This document shows, piece after piece, positions 1 to 8,891 of a stretch of DNA of 64,000 bases. This DNA comes from a virus (taxonomy: Duplodnaviria > Caudoviricetes): positions 547-64,546 of the IMG/VR virus record IMGVR_UViG_3300009092_000015. One strand, 5' to 3'. Below the pieces are notes generated by a model. That model searched no databases, was not told the DNA's origin, and saw nothing but the letters and a program-made list of their open reading frames with translations. Position numbers and translations under genes: made by a program. Each line of letters begins with the position of its first letter. The first letter of the stretch is position 1.

Positions 1-281
1 AAGTGATCCGCTTGAGGGGGAGGAGGCACACTAACGGTGCAGTTTATGGTTATCGGTGTCATGTCCGTCTGGTTTGCACTCTTGCCGGTGATAGTGACGT
101 CGAACGTCCCTACCGTTTTGCCCCGGATACCAACCAGTTTACCGCTGTCGATATTGACGCAACCGACCGTATAGTTGGAAGTTTTGAGTACAGCAGCAGA
201 TGGGCGTAATGCTCCATCGCTACCCTTCGATGCGAGGGGGAAGCTCGCGCATTGTCCCACGAGAAGTGAAATGCTTGGCAT
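1..281 (-). CDS. Ig-like domain protein, partial (runs off window start)
   Basis: Not in the ORF track. Manual translation from ATG at 281: MPSISLLVGQCASFPLASKGSDGALRPSAAVLKTSNYTVGCVNIDSGKLVGIRGKTVGTFDVTITGKSANQTDMTPITINCTVSVPPPPQADH, open to the edge, beta-rich, same orientation as the left arm. Confidence 0.6.
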   Translation of the reverse strand, partial: MPSISLLVGQCASFPLASKGSDGALRPSAAVLKTSNYTVGCVNIDSGKLVGIRGKTVGTFDVTITGKSANQTDMTPITINCTVSVPPPPQADH

Positions 282-306
282 AACCAGATAGTACCAGTAC
301 TAAAGG

Positions 307-498
307 CTAATCGCGAAATCCTATCCGGTGTTCCAAGTCGCCACGGCAGATAGCACAGAGGGCTTGTCCGGTCCCATAGTATTCTGAGCCGATCATGTAG
401 AGACTCGGGGTGTTTAACTCCCTAATGGATAGCTCACAGCCACATTTGCTACACCGGATTGGTTCCCGTTTCGGTTTCGGCTTTCCTGGTTTCTTCAT
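307..498 (-). CDS. small zinc-finger-like hypothetical protein
   Basis: CSKCG and CAIC motifs; in the minus-strand gene run. Confidence 0.5.
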   Translation of the reverse strand: MKKPGKPKPKREPIRCSKCGCELSIRELNTPSLYMIGSEYYGTGQALCAICRGDLEHRIGFRD

Positions 499-826
499 AG
501 CGGTTCAGAACTGCTCCCGTCACCTTTATAACGGCACTGAGTAGACAGTCGATGCAGACAGACAGCTTAGTGTCGTCAGTGTCGTCGTTTAATACCTCGA
601 ATGTCACAACTGCTGCTACGTCACTCCCGCACTCGTGGCAGTGTAGGTCAATGTACCCCGGTGCCATATCCCCTAGGATTTCGGTAGCTTTTTCCTTAGT
701 TAGCTGCTCAGGGAGTATCTTTCTGAGTTCGTCTGCGGCCTTGGGTGGATTAATAAGGAATGCGGTTGCATCGTCAAGCCGCTTAGATGCGGTTAGCAGT
801 AAGTCTCTGACGGTTTCGATGTACAT
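449..826 (-). CDS. hypothetical protein with CxxC pairs
   Basis: CHECG and CIDC motifs; abuts 827 gene. Confidence 0.6.
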   Translation of the reverse strand: MYIETVRDLLLTASKRLDDATAFLINPPKAADELRKILPEQLTKEKATEILGDMAPGYIDLHCHECGSDVAAVVTFEVLNDDTDDTKLSVCIDCLLSAVIKVTGAVLNRYEETRKAETETGTNPV

Positions 827-1087
827 CTAGTTTCCATTCTCGGCTTCGATTTCTGCTTCGGCATCCTCTGACCACCTTGCTATCTGAACGTTATCCACGT
901 TATGGCCTGCATGGTCTCCCTCGTGGCCTAACTTCCTGGTGCATTGAAGGGTGAAGAATCTGGAGTTACATTCGGGGTTGGCTTCATCTTCTACCTCCCC
1001 AGGGTTATATGTAGCAGGTTCCAGATAGCCATACTTCCCCGGCCTGATACGTTTATCGTCGAATGTCATTGTTGGCCTCCAGTTCAT
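827..1087 (-). CDS. hypothetical protein
   Basis: C-x7-C-x5-H-x3-H motif (CNSRFFTLQCTRKLGHEGDH); tight packing. Confidence 0.6.
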   Translation of the reverse strand: MNWRPTMTFDDKRIRPGKYGYLEPATYNPGEVEDEANPECNSRFFTLQCTRKLGHEGDHAGHNVDNVQIARWSEDAEAEIEAENGN

Positions 1088-1280
1088 CTATCTTTTGAGT
1101 CAGGCAGTCCAGATCAATTATCTGGTTTTCGATCCACTTGCGCATCCTAGATACGTACTCATAGGCGCATGTCATGTTGCAGAATCGGAAGTTCCCTAGA
1201 GCGATAAACTTCCGTGTCCGAGTTCGGCAGTTTGGGCAGTCGATGCGTTCCTTAGTTACCGCCATGGTTCCCTCCACCAA
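1053..1280 (-). CDS. hypothetical zinc-binding protein
   Basis: CPNC and FCNMTC motifs plus coiled-coil end; true start probably near 1265. Confidence 0.55.
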   Translation of the reverse strand: MVEGTMAVTKERIDCPNCRTRTRKFIALGNFRFCNMTCAYEYVSRMRKWIENQIIDLDCLTQKIDELEANNDIRR

Positions 1281-1585
1281 GGCTTGAATGATGCGGCCTC
1301 GGTCAGCTTATCCCGTTCGGCCTGGATGACCGATAGGCGTCGGAATCTCCAGTTGATCCCGTGTTTGTAGCAGTGGGTGTGTATTAGGGTGACTATCGGA
1401 CCAATTACAGGGATGACACCTACGAACCAGGACCACTGTAGGTCTTCCTGATAGTAGTCGTCAGCCCTCTTTGAGTTCTTAGGGTAGCTTGCCTGCCAGG
1501 AGGCGAACTCTGCCGCAGCCGTCATCCAGGCACTCAGTAGGTAGAAGACTAATGCCAGTACGACAACAACTACTTCATCGGTCAT
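1256..1585 (-). CDS. membrane protein
   Basis: Two hydrophobic segments; C-terminal FKPWW. Confidence 0.6.
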   Translation of the reverse strand: MTDEVVVVVLALVFYLLSAWMTAAAEFASWQASYPKNSKRADDYYQEDLQWSWFVGVIPVIGPIVTLIHTHCYKHGINWRFRRLSVIQAERDKLTEAASFKPWWREPWR

Positions 1586-1826
1586 GCTTCCTCCCCCACC
1601 ATGGTTGGAACTCTTCGGGTTTGGGCTTGGGCCTGGGCTCGACAGGATAATCGTTAACCTCTATCACCGATATGTCGCAGAGGAGGAATATACCAGCCGT
1701 GGCGACCCCTGCTAGGAAGCAAAGCAGAGTATCATGGAACTCGAATAACCGAATAAGGGCTCCAGTGATGCCCCAGCAGAGGAACATTCGAAGCCATCTA
1801 ATTCGGAACGGCATTCTCGGCATCAT
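1575..1826 (-). CDS. membrane protein
   Basis: Two hydrophobic segments; C-terminal FQPWW like the neighbour. Confidence 0.6.
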   Translation of the reverse strand: MMPRMPFRIRWLRMFLCWGITGALIRLFEFHDTLLCFLAGVATAGIFLLCDISVIEVNDYPVEPRPKPKPEEFQPWWGRKHDR

Positions 1827-2038
1827 TGGGTATCACTTCCTTTGGTATCCGCTCGCTCCTTGCCATTCCATTCCACGCATATGCATCCAGCTATTAGGCA
1901 CTCTCCAGGTGTGCCGAACTCGTGGTCTCTACATTCATGGCCGCATGTCCCACATACGCAGTCGCAGATACTTGGATCACTCCAGTGACGGCAGAACGGA
2001 CCGCTTTCATAATCTGACCAGTCAAGTTCATCACTCAT
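1823..2038 (-). CDS. Cys-rich small protein
   Basis: CDCVCGTCGHECRDH...CLIAGCIC; 4-nt overlaps with neighbours. Confidence 0.6.
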   Translation of the reverse strand: MSDELDWSDYESGPFCRHWSDPSICDCVCGTCGHECRDHEFGTPGECLIAGCICVEWNGKERADTKGSDTQ

Positions 2039-2268
2039 GTCGGTTTATAACCTTTCCGCCTAGCTGAGAGGAATGCCCTGATAGCGGTCTTAGCCTCGCT
2101 GGTACATGAAAGACAGTGCTTATCCTCTTTGCCGATTCCAGAACAGGAGCTACACCATAAAAGGTCCGCTAATGCATCGGCTGTGATGTTGATCTCTCGC
2201 ATATTGGGCGGATGAAGGTTAGCTTGATTCCGCTGTTTCAGTTCCGTCCTCTTCATTGGCATCTTCAT
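2035..2268 (-). CDS. hypothetical protein
   Basis: CSSC...CLSC motifs; ATGA-type overlap. Confidence 0.5.
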   Translation of the reverse strand: MKMPMKRTELKQRNQANLHPPNMREINITADALADLLWCSSCSGIGKEDKHCLSCTSEAKTAIRAFLSARRKGYKPT

Positions 2269-2419
2269 TCTCCTTACTCAGCTTATCCAGTTCCTCTTCG
2301 GTGAATTCCTCAAAGCATCCTAGGCACCGGGCACGCCATGCTCCGCCGCTGTATCCGACCGATGGGTCACCTTTGTCTGTTTCGATGACCATGGTGCAGC
2401 CACAGTTAGGACACCTCAT
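2219..2419 (-). CDS. zinc-ribbon small protein
   Basis: CPNCG and CLGC motifs, acidic tail. Confidence 0.5.
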   Translation of the reverse strand: MRCPNCGCTMVIETDKGDPSVGYSGGAWRARCLGCFEEFTEEELDKLSKENEDANEEDGTETAESS

Positions 2420-2669
2420 AACTGCTCCATGAACGTTCTATGAGATCCCTATGCCATTTCAGATACTTGATCAGGAGATACTCTAACTCATCTGGATTCT
2501 GTGGTAGAGGTAGGGATTCCTGACGTAGGAAACGAATAACAAGACACGCTTCCGTAAGCAGCATATTCTCACCAAATGTTATACCCATGCTATCCAACGT
2601 CTTGGGATTCGGCTCCGATTTCTTCTCCGTCGTCTCTAGGCCCTGCTTCTTCGTCGTCTTGGTCTTCAT
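2406..2669 (-). CDS. hypothetical protein
   Basis: Minus-strand run; true start probably the internal ATG near 2588. Confidence 0.45.
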   Translation of the reverse strand: MKTKTTKKQGLETTEKKSEPNPKTLDSMGITFGENMLLTEACLVIRFLRQESLPLPQNPDELEYLLIKYLKWHRDLIERSWSSYEVS

Positions 2670-3249
2670 CTTCTAACTCCTTCCCGCTCGGATCATGTGT
2701 ATATTTATCCGGCTTTTCGATTTCTTCCCGGTCGATGCTCATCAGGCGGAATATCTCATCCAATGCCATGAGGCAGCGGCCAATGGATACGCGGAGTATC
2801 CTACTCGTCTTGGAAGCTACCACATGGGTGGTGATATTTTCCATCCCAGTTTCTAGGATCTTCAGGTGGTGGACTACCAAATCATGGACCTGTTGTGGTC
2901 CGAGTAGGATCTGATTAGCCGGGACGGTTTCGTACTCGCTCATCAGTTCTCCTAAGCTGATCCCCAGCCAACGCATTATCCGATCCATGCGTTCCATGGA
3001 CAATGGTGTCTTCCCCGACATCCAGTTATGCACAGCTACATGACTGACACGCTGCGACCTAGCAATGGTGAGTGGGCTGATGCGCTTTTTACCATGGATG
3101 CGGCACCAGTCGCGGCGGCATCGGCAGAATAGGTAGGTGATTAGCCGAACCTGAATATCGGCTATGTAGATTGGATCGTAGTTCGGATTATCAAAGGTTG
3201 GGAACGTCTCAAGCTTATATGCTAACTGGACTCTGACCTTATCCCTCAT
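2590..3249 (-). CDS. XRE/Cro-like helix-turn-helix DNA-binding protein (candidate repressor)
   Basis: LTIARSQRVSHVAVHNWMSGKTPLSMERMDRIMRWLGISLGEL fits the HTH_3 pattern; acidic tail. Confidence 0.65.
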   Translation of the reverse strand: MRDKVRVQLAYKLETFPTFDNPNYDPIYIADIQVRLITYLFCRCRRDWCRIHGKKRISPLTIARSQRVSHVAVHNWMSGKTPLSMERMDRIMRWLGISLGELMSEYETVPANQILLGPQQVHDLVVHHLKILETGMENITTHVVASKTSRILRVSIGRCLMALDEIFRLMSIDREEIEKPDKYTHDPSGKELEDEDQDDEEAGPRDDGEEIGAESQDVG

Positions 3250-3476
3250 TCTAAGCTAGCCTCCAGGACTTTGGCGTCGGCATGACAGTCATCGAGGTAT
3301 ATCTCCATGGACCTGATAGCCTCCTTTTCGGTAAATCCGAAGCAGGAACCGAACACCCCGGTATGGCCGTCTACGAAGGAGAACCAGTAGGGCTGATATG
3401 CGGATTCATACGCACGGATACGCTGCTTCAAGGCTTGAAGTCGTTGGAATTTGTTCATAGTTCCCCCTCCTCCCAT
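3246..3476 (-). CDS. hypothetical protein
   Basis: Minus-strand run; start probably ATG 3458; contains a 13-bp palindrome read as LQALK. Confidence 0.55.
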   Translation of the reverse strand: MGGGGTMNKFQRLQALKQRIRAYESAYQPYWFSFVDGHTGVFGSCFGFTEKEAIRSMEIYLDDCHADAKVLEASLE

Positions 3477-3802
3477 TCGTCCATGATGGGGAAATCACCG
3501 GGGTCCTGACGTTCAGAGTATTCGGATTCAAATCTAACTGGGGTCAGTTTGACCTGATTATTACGTAGCATAAACTTAAGGTCCCAATCTGTTACCTTCG
3601 ATACACCGAACGGCAAGTACTGAAGTAGGTCAATGTCCATTACGTACTCTACGATGTCCGATACGGAGTTTGGGTTACCTCCCCATTCTAGGACTTCCTC
3701 GGCGGTATACTCCATGATCAGTTCCCCTTTGATGTCTGAGATGAAGTAGTGACCGTCCTGCAATTCTGTCACGGCAGATAATGTGTTGCTGAATAGCTTC
3801 AT
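3455..3802 (-). CDS. acidic hypothetical protein
   Basis: 4-nt overlaps with neighbours. Confidence 0.6.
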   Translation of the reverse strand: MKLFSNTLSAVTELQDGHYFISDIKGELIMEYTAEEVLEWGGNPNSVSDIVEYVMDIDLLQYLPFGVSKVTDWDLKFMLRNNQVKLTPVRFESEYSERQDPGDFPIMDEWEEGEL

Positions 3803-4206
3803 AGGCTCTTATCCTTCTTAGCTGATCGGTGTTTCTTCCGCGTAGTCAGATGCTTCGAGCATCGTCGCTTAGTCTTGTCTTCCAGTTCCCCGCCACATGC
3901 TACGCACCTGCCTTGCCGAGCCCACATAAGCTGATATTTCCGCGTCTTGGACACGTTCAAGGCTTGAATATCTGCATCGATGTAACTCCTCGTAGTCAGC
4001 GTAGGCGTGACCTCGAACATCGTAGCTTCGTCCGCTAGCAACAGTTGGGCACCCTTGCCGAAGTAATGCCGGTACCGCTCCATGACGAACCCAGGGCTCG
4101 ACGGCATCTTTGCCGAGCCCTTGTAGGTCCATCCTCGGGATTCCAGAAACTCCCTGTTAGGGGAATGGAACTCCAGGGTTATGAGTTCGGGGGTCCCTTC
4201 TGGCAT
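3799..4206 (-). CDS. hypothetical protein with basic C-terminal Zn motif
   Basis: GRCVACG...RCSKH; palindrome read as IQALN. Confidence 0.6.
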   Translation of the reverse strand: MPEGTPELITLEFHSPNREFLESRGWTYKGSAKMPSSPGFVMERYRHYFGKGAQLLLADEATMFEVTPTLTTRSYIDADIQALNVSKTRKYQLMWARQGRCVACGGELEDKTKRRCSKHLTTRKKHRSAKKDKSL

Positions 4207-4445
4207 TACTCATTACCTGCTAGTCCCCGGTAGGCAGCGGTATAGGTTTCGCCGTATGCCTGTTTGGCCTTGCGAAGTGCCTCGGCGTGGGATATCAAGG
4301 TACGGCCTAGCCCCTCAGCAGCACGGGGGAAAGCGACGATGCAGATAAAGAAGGTCCCGAATAGGACCCAGGTAGTGTTGAGCATAAGGGATTCCGTGAT
4401 TTCCATACGTCTAGTCCTTTCTTGTAGGGGCGTTTGCGATGGCAT
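4206..4445 (-). CDS. single-pass membrane protein
   Basis: Hydrophobic WVLFGTFFICIVAF segment. Confidence 0.5.
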   Translation of the reverse strand: MPSQTPLQERTRRMEITESLMLNTTWVLFGTFFICIVAFPRAAEGLGRTLISHAEALRKAKQAYGETYTAAYRGLAGNE

Positions 4446-4815
4446 TGAAAGCCGAAGCTGGGTTGCGGGAGTATGCGAAGAATCTAAATAGCTGAGACGC
4501 AGGCCATACAGCAGACCAAGGATTAGGGATAATCTCCTGGTTGCTATCGTAACTTACTGGCACTACTAACAGCGTGTTTCCATACTCGTTGATATACCAT
4601 CCTGGACCTGAGAACTTAAACCCTACTAACTGCGATTCCGCTTCCCCTACTTCCCAGTCTTCCGACCAATTTGGGACGAACTCCCAGATAGGTACATCTA
4701 GTTGTGTCCGCATTTCTAATCCTCGTAGATTACTTCCCGATCCAGGAAGTGTTTGAACAGCCGCTGAATAATGGCTTCCCGATCTGCCTCGGAGGTTGGA
4801 AGATGGAAGTCCCAA
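4411..4815 (-). CDS. hypothetical protein
   Basis: True start probably ATG near 4713 (MRTQLDV). Confidence 0.5.
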   Translation of the reverse strand: MGLPSSNLRGRSGSHYSAAVQTLPGSGSNLRGLEMRTQLDVPIWEFVPNWSEDWEVGEAESQLVGFKFSGPGWYINEYGNTLLVVPVSYDSNQEIIPNPWSAVWPASQLFRFFAYSRNPASAFNAIANAPTRKD

Positions 4816-5183
4816 ACCTCGGGTGGGGCATGCTTTCGGAACCAGGAAGTGAAATCCTTATCACGTAGGGAAAAAGGGGGCTTATCGGAGTCAAGCGAAT
4901 AGTCATTTAACGTGGCAGCGACTTCGATGAAACAAGATGACCGTTCACTATATAGTTCTAATGACCCCTGTTCAATTAAGCCGATAAGCTTATCCCTGAG
5001 ATCGTCACTATCCCAGATATATATTGGAAGTCCTCTGCCTTCGATCCGATTCGCTGGGATACCTCGGAGTAGACACTCGAACCCAAGGCAACACTTCCTG
5101 CCGTCCTGTTTGCGCAGTAGGGCTGATCCAGTTCTATTCCCCCTGTACCACTCCGACCGTTTGATTACCAATGGTTCGTTCAT
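4716..5183 (-). CDS. hypothetical protein, CCLG paralog 1
   Basis: KCCLGFECLLRGI shared with the 5180 gene. Confidence 0.7.
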   Translation of the reverse strand: MNEPLVIKRSEWYRGNRTGSALLRKQDGRKCCLGFECLLRGIPANRIEGRGLPIYIWDSDDLRDKLIGLIEQGSLELYSERSSCFIEVAATLNDYSLDSDKPPFSLRDKDFTSWFRKHAPPEVWDFHLPTSEADREAIIQRLFKHFLDREVIYED

Positions 5184-5668
5184 GCCGTCACCTCCACCTG
5201 ATCCGAGTTCACATAGACGACCTTACGCCCTAGGTAGTAGAGGAACAGTTTGCGGATGAGTTCTTGCCGGTGTTCCTCGGATTCCAGAGTAACTGAAGCC
5301 TCGGATTTGAGGAACGGAGGGAGGTCTTCTAGGCGCACACGCTCTCCCACCCGATCTTCAACTCCTACCTTTGCATCGTTTATCCTAGCCGCCAGGAGGG
5401 AGAACACTGTATCGTCGTAGGAGTTAGTTGCCATCCCTCCGAGCTTGCTTGCCTCATGGCCCCAAATCGCATAGGGCATCGTCATATCCTTTATGACATC
5501 CAGGCTGATTCCCCGGAGTAGGCATTCGAAACCCAGGCAGCATTTCTTTCCAGTGTGCGAGTTATACAGCCTGGAATACTCTGCCAGACCTCCCCTGCTC
5601 CAGGTCGCTAAGTCGATTTCCAATACCTGTTCTTGGATTGGAACCAGTGGTGTGAAGTCGTCAATCAT
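5180..5668 (-). CDS. hypothetical protein, CCLG paralog 2
   Basis: KCCLGFECLLRGI and a similar C-terminal helix. Confidence 0.7.
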   Translation of the reverse strand: MIDDFTPLVPIQEQVLEIDLATWSRGGLAEYSRLYNSHTGKKCCLGFECLLRGISLDVIKDMTMPYAIWGHEASKLGGMATNSYDDTVFSLLAARINDAKVGVEDRVGERVRLEDLPPFLKSEASVTLESEEHRQELIRKLFLYYLGRKVVYVNSDQVEVTA

Positions 5669-5671
5669 TGG

Positions 5672-6268
5672 TTAGCTGTCTCCTTTTGGCAGTGCTGGGG
5701 GAATGAACTCCCCACCGTTCTTGATAATATTCTTCATGATTGCCCTGAGGCGAAGCTTATCTGTTGGGTATTTCATGCCGAATAGCTGTGCCTCGTGTTG
5801 GCCTTCCACTTCGACATAGCTGTTATCGTATGCGTATTCCCGCGCAAGTCCGTTGGTGGTTCGTGTCTCGAATGCATCTTCTATCAGGGTTAACTGACGA
5901 GGGGTGAATACGCTTCGGAGTCGATCATATACCGATTTATTGGTAACGAAGAGATCGCCTTCAGCCGTAAACTGGAACTTATTCTCTAATGCCACCACTG
6001 ATAACAGGCAGGCACCCAAGGCACATACCTCGCAGTGTTTCTTCATTACCCCCGCTTGAGCTTTACTGCCTCGCTGGGAGGTGACGGCAGTACGTAACTT
6101 CAAACCTTCCGGACCATATGTCGAATACACCACATAGCCATTCCTCGCCTTCACCTTCAGCACTCGTGTCGAGTCCAGTACATCCTGTGCGACCTTAACC
6201 GCACGCCGTTTCATTGCCGCCGTCATGACTTGGTTCGTATTTTCCATGAGGTTCTCCATTCCGTTCAA
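5672..6268 (-). CDS. hypothetical protein, CALGA paralog 1
   Basis: CEVCALGACLLS ... RLRAIMKNIIKNGGEFIP; true start probably a downstream ATG. Confidence 0.75.
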   Translation of the reverse strand: MNGMENLMENTNQVMTAAMKRRAVKVAQDVLDSTRVLKVKARNGYVVYSTYGPEGLKLRTAVTSQRGSKAQAGVMKKHCEVCALGACLLSVVALENKFQFTAEGDLFVTNKSVYDRLRSVFTPRQLTLIEDAFETRTTNGLAREYAYDNSYVEVEGQHEAQLFGMKYPTDKLRLRAIMKNIIKNGGEFIPPALPKGDS

Positions 6269-6285
6269 GGCTTGAATTTGAATCC

Positions 6286-7482
6286 TTACATCGTCCGGAC
6301 TACCTTGGCTACCCCTACCGCCATAGCCAGAGCCCGCTTACTGTCATTGCCGCTAACCCCAAACAGGTTAGCTTCCAGGCCGGTTTCCGCTTGCCGACCT
6401 CGGACATTGGAATTAAAGTTAGTCACACCGGAGTAGGCATGGGCCATGCTGCCCATCGTCATTTCGCCCCCAGGCTGATGCACAGTGGACTCGATCACCT
6501 GATTCAGCAGACGGGCACCGGACTGACGGACCATGGAAGCCACGGTGTATTCCTGCTGATCCGATTCGAGCAGTTGGGCAATGTAATGCCGTCCAACCAC
6601 GGACTGATCATCAGTAGTCAGTTCAGCCGGAAAGGCATTCCCTGCATTCCTTCTTATCCGTTCCTTAATCTCAGTAGCCAACTTGGGCTGGAACAACTGA
6701 GTGAGTTGAAGCAAGTCAATGCCCTTGGTGGATTTCACCGTCCGCAAATCCGCCAAGACATCGACATGCTTGCCGAATGCCTCAGCCGCCGCACGGACGA
6801 ACGATCTAGCATCCTCGATGCGTCCGGGGGTCAGTTCAGCCGAATGGACGAACCGTGCTCGACCCGCTGCAACCTCGACCACTGCCCCGTTGCTGCATCG
6901 GAGTTCCTCAGCCCAGGCTTGGAATGTGGTAGCCGTGCCCGGTGCATGGCCGAACTTGAGGACAATCCGCATAGCTACGATATCGCCTACTTTGGCTTCC
7001 TTCTGAATCCCAGAGGAGGCGACTGCCCAGCCGCGAGCCCCACCGTCGAAGAGTCCGATACGGCTGAGAGTCAGGCCAGATTCGTTGGCGAACTTGCACA
7101 TGGTATCCACCAAGTGGGGATTCTGATGCGGCTTGTAGGAGTCAGTAGCGACGGCCAACGGGCTCCCATTATCGGACCGAACCAAGGCAACCATCCCAGG
7201 GTAGGGACGATTCTCCGTCTTGCCTTTGATCAGGAGGGGGAGGCCAACCGTCTTCCAGTTGAGGCCGCCGGTTTCCAAGATGGATTGGGTATCGTTCCCC
7301 AGATGGCTTACGTCGTGTCCGAGGCCACGGTAGGCACCAGGGTTGATAGCCGTCCGGTTCTCCAGGTAGTTTCGACCAGCTTGGGTGATTTGGTCGCCAC
7401 GGGTAAAGCTATGAGCAGCGCTGCGGTCTGTATGTGCCATGTCGTTGCCTACGCCGATCAGGTTGTCAAGTATGTTGTTCAT
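6286..7482 (-). CDS. DUF932-like phage/plasmid protein
   Basis: GLNW..., VRSDNG, YKPHQN, LFDGG, H...T...RCSNG and AYSGVTNF resemble DUF932/TIGR03299 motifs (recognised by eye). Confidence 0.6.
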   Translation of the reverse strand: MNNILDNLIGVGNDMAHTDRSAAHSFTRGDQITQAGRNYLENRTAINPGAYRGLGHDVSHLGNDTQSILETGGLNWKTVGLPLLIKGKTENRPYPGMVALVRSDNGSPLAVATDSYKPHQNPHLVDTMCKFANESGLTLSRIGLFDGGARGWAVASSGIQKEAKVGDIVAMRIVLKFGHAPGTATTFQAWAEELRCSNGAVVEVAAGRARFVHSAELTPGRIEDARSFVRAAAEAFGKHVDVLADLRTVKSTKGIDLLQLTQLFQPKLATEIKERIRRNAGNAFPAELTTDDQSVVGRHYIAQLLESDQQEYTVASMVRQSGARLLNQVIESTVHQPGGEMTMGSMAHAYSGVTNFNSNVRGRQAETGLEANLFGVSGNDSKRALAMAVGVAKVVRTM

Positions 7483-7502
7483 GTCGTTTGTCTCCTTAGT
7501 TG

Positions 7503-8078
7503 TTAACGCTTCCGTTGCGGTTTGGGGATGAACTCCCCGTTGTTGCGGATGATGTTACGCATGATAGCGGCGAGGCGTTTCTTGGAGTCGTCGTATTTGC
7601 GTCCGAAAGTTTCGGCATCGGCGGATGCTTTGTGGACGTCTTTGGCTTCCGGACGTTCTCCGAAGTTATCCACTTCTGTCTCCAAGGATACATAACTGGA
7701 TGCTAATCCGAGGCTACTATCACACTCAAATGCTCGTTCGATCAGTACCATTTGGTCGAACGTGAATGCCTCCTTAAGGCGTTCGCGGAGCATACTAGCA
7801 TCTGCCATGCTAAAGAAGGCCTTGAAGTCGAACTTATTCCTCATCTCCGTTAAGGATAGGACACAGGCACCTAAGGCGCATACGGAACATTCCCGTTTCA
7901 ACTGCTTAGCCTGTTCCTTGGAGTCCGTGTTCTCGTGTACGATCCGAGTAACTTCCATGGAGTAATCCGCGCGTATGTACCCAAATCCCGCTTTGACTTT
8001 CAACACATCGATGGACGCGAGTACGTCCTCTGCTACTCGAACAGCTAACCGTCGTTGTTTGACTGTGATTTTCTGCAT
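7503..8078 (-). CDS. hypothetical protein, CALGA paralog 2
   Basis: CSVCALGACVLS ... RLAAIMRNIIRNNGEFIP. Confidence 0.75.
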   Translation of the reverse strand: MQKITVKQRRLAVRVAEDVLASIDVLKVKAGFGYIRADYSMEVTRIVHENTDSKEQAKQLKRECSVCALGACVLSLTEMRNKFDFKAFFSMADASMLRERLKEAFTFDQMVLIERAFECDSSLGLASSYVSLETEVDNFGERPEAKDVHKASADAETFGRKYDDSKKRLAAIMRNIIRNNGEFIPKPQRKR

Positions 8079-8084
8079 GGTTGC

Positions 8085-8618
8085 TTATCCTCTTGGCACA
8101 GGGGTGAAGATCCCATCGTTATCAATGATGTTCTGCATGATAGCGGTCAGCCGTTCCGCATCGTCCGAATAGGCCTGACCGAATCGGATAGTAGCTTGCA
8201 GATCGGGATAGATGTTCCCCATCCGATAAACCTCAAAGGCATCCTCGATTTGTTGGATCTGTTGAGGTGTGAAGGCTTCTTTCAGCCGTTCCTGAGCAGT
8301 TTCCCATGAGACGCCGATATATGGAGAATGATCACCATAGGTGTCGTTTGAAATTTCGAATTCAAACTTATTCCGAAGCTTCACCAGAGATAACAAACAT
8401 GCACCTAACGCACATGTCCGGCAGCGTTTGTTTGTGCTCAGGTATTCCGCTTGGGCCTTACTGCCTTTGATGCCGTCCAGGTCGGTACTGGCATAGACAT
8501 AGGCACCGGTCTGGATGGCTAACCCATGGATGGATTCCAGTACATCCTTCGCCACCTTGATAGCTAGGTTGCGTTGTTTCCTGGTCGGTGTTACTACCTC
8601 TTCTGTGGTTTGTTCCAT
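8085..8618 (-). CDS. hypothetical protein, CALGA paralog 3
   Basis: CRTCALGACLLS ... RLTAIMQNIIDNDGIFTP. Confidence 0.75.
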   Translation of the reverse strand: MEQTTEEVVTPTRKQRNLAIKVAKDVLESIHGLAIQTGAYVYASTDLDGIKGSKAQAEYLSTNKRCRTCALGACLLSLVKLRNKFEFEISNDTYGDHSPYIGVSWETAQERLKEAFTPQQIQQIEDAFEVYRMGNIYPDLQATIRFGQAYSDDAERLTAIMQNIIDNDGIFTPVPRG

Positions 8619-8891
8619 TCGATTTAGTCAATCCTTTCGATTCTGATCTTGTACTTCACCTTGGTTGCCGTGTCTTGGAAGTGTAGGTAAGCTTCGTCTT
8701 GGTAGACGCGGGATAGGTTAAGTTGCTCATCCAACCCGTTATGGCCTAGGAAGGTTCGAATTAACCGGACTAGTTTGCGGAATGTCACTTTGGTGGGTAC
8801 CTCATTAGAAATGCCGCTAACTCCCTAGACCGTGCCGCATGGGCTTTCTCCCAGGCCTCCATGTGGTTGTATGCATGCCGAACCCTACGGT

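Noticed and set aside
3-209. 68-aa plus-strand ORF
   Set aside because: Overlaps the better minus-strand Ig-like ORF that fits the arm orientation
6391-7506. 371-aa plus-strand ORF
   Set aside because: Antisense shadow of the DUF932-like gene; no motifs
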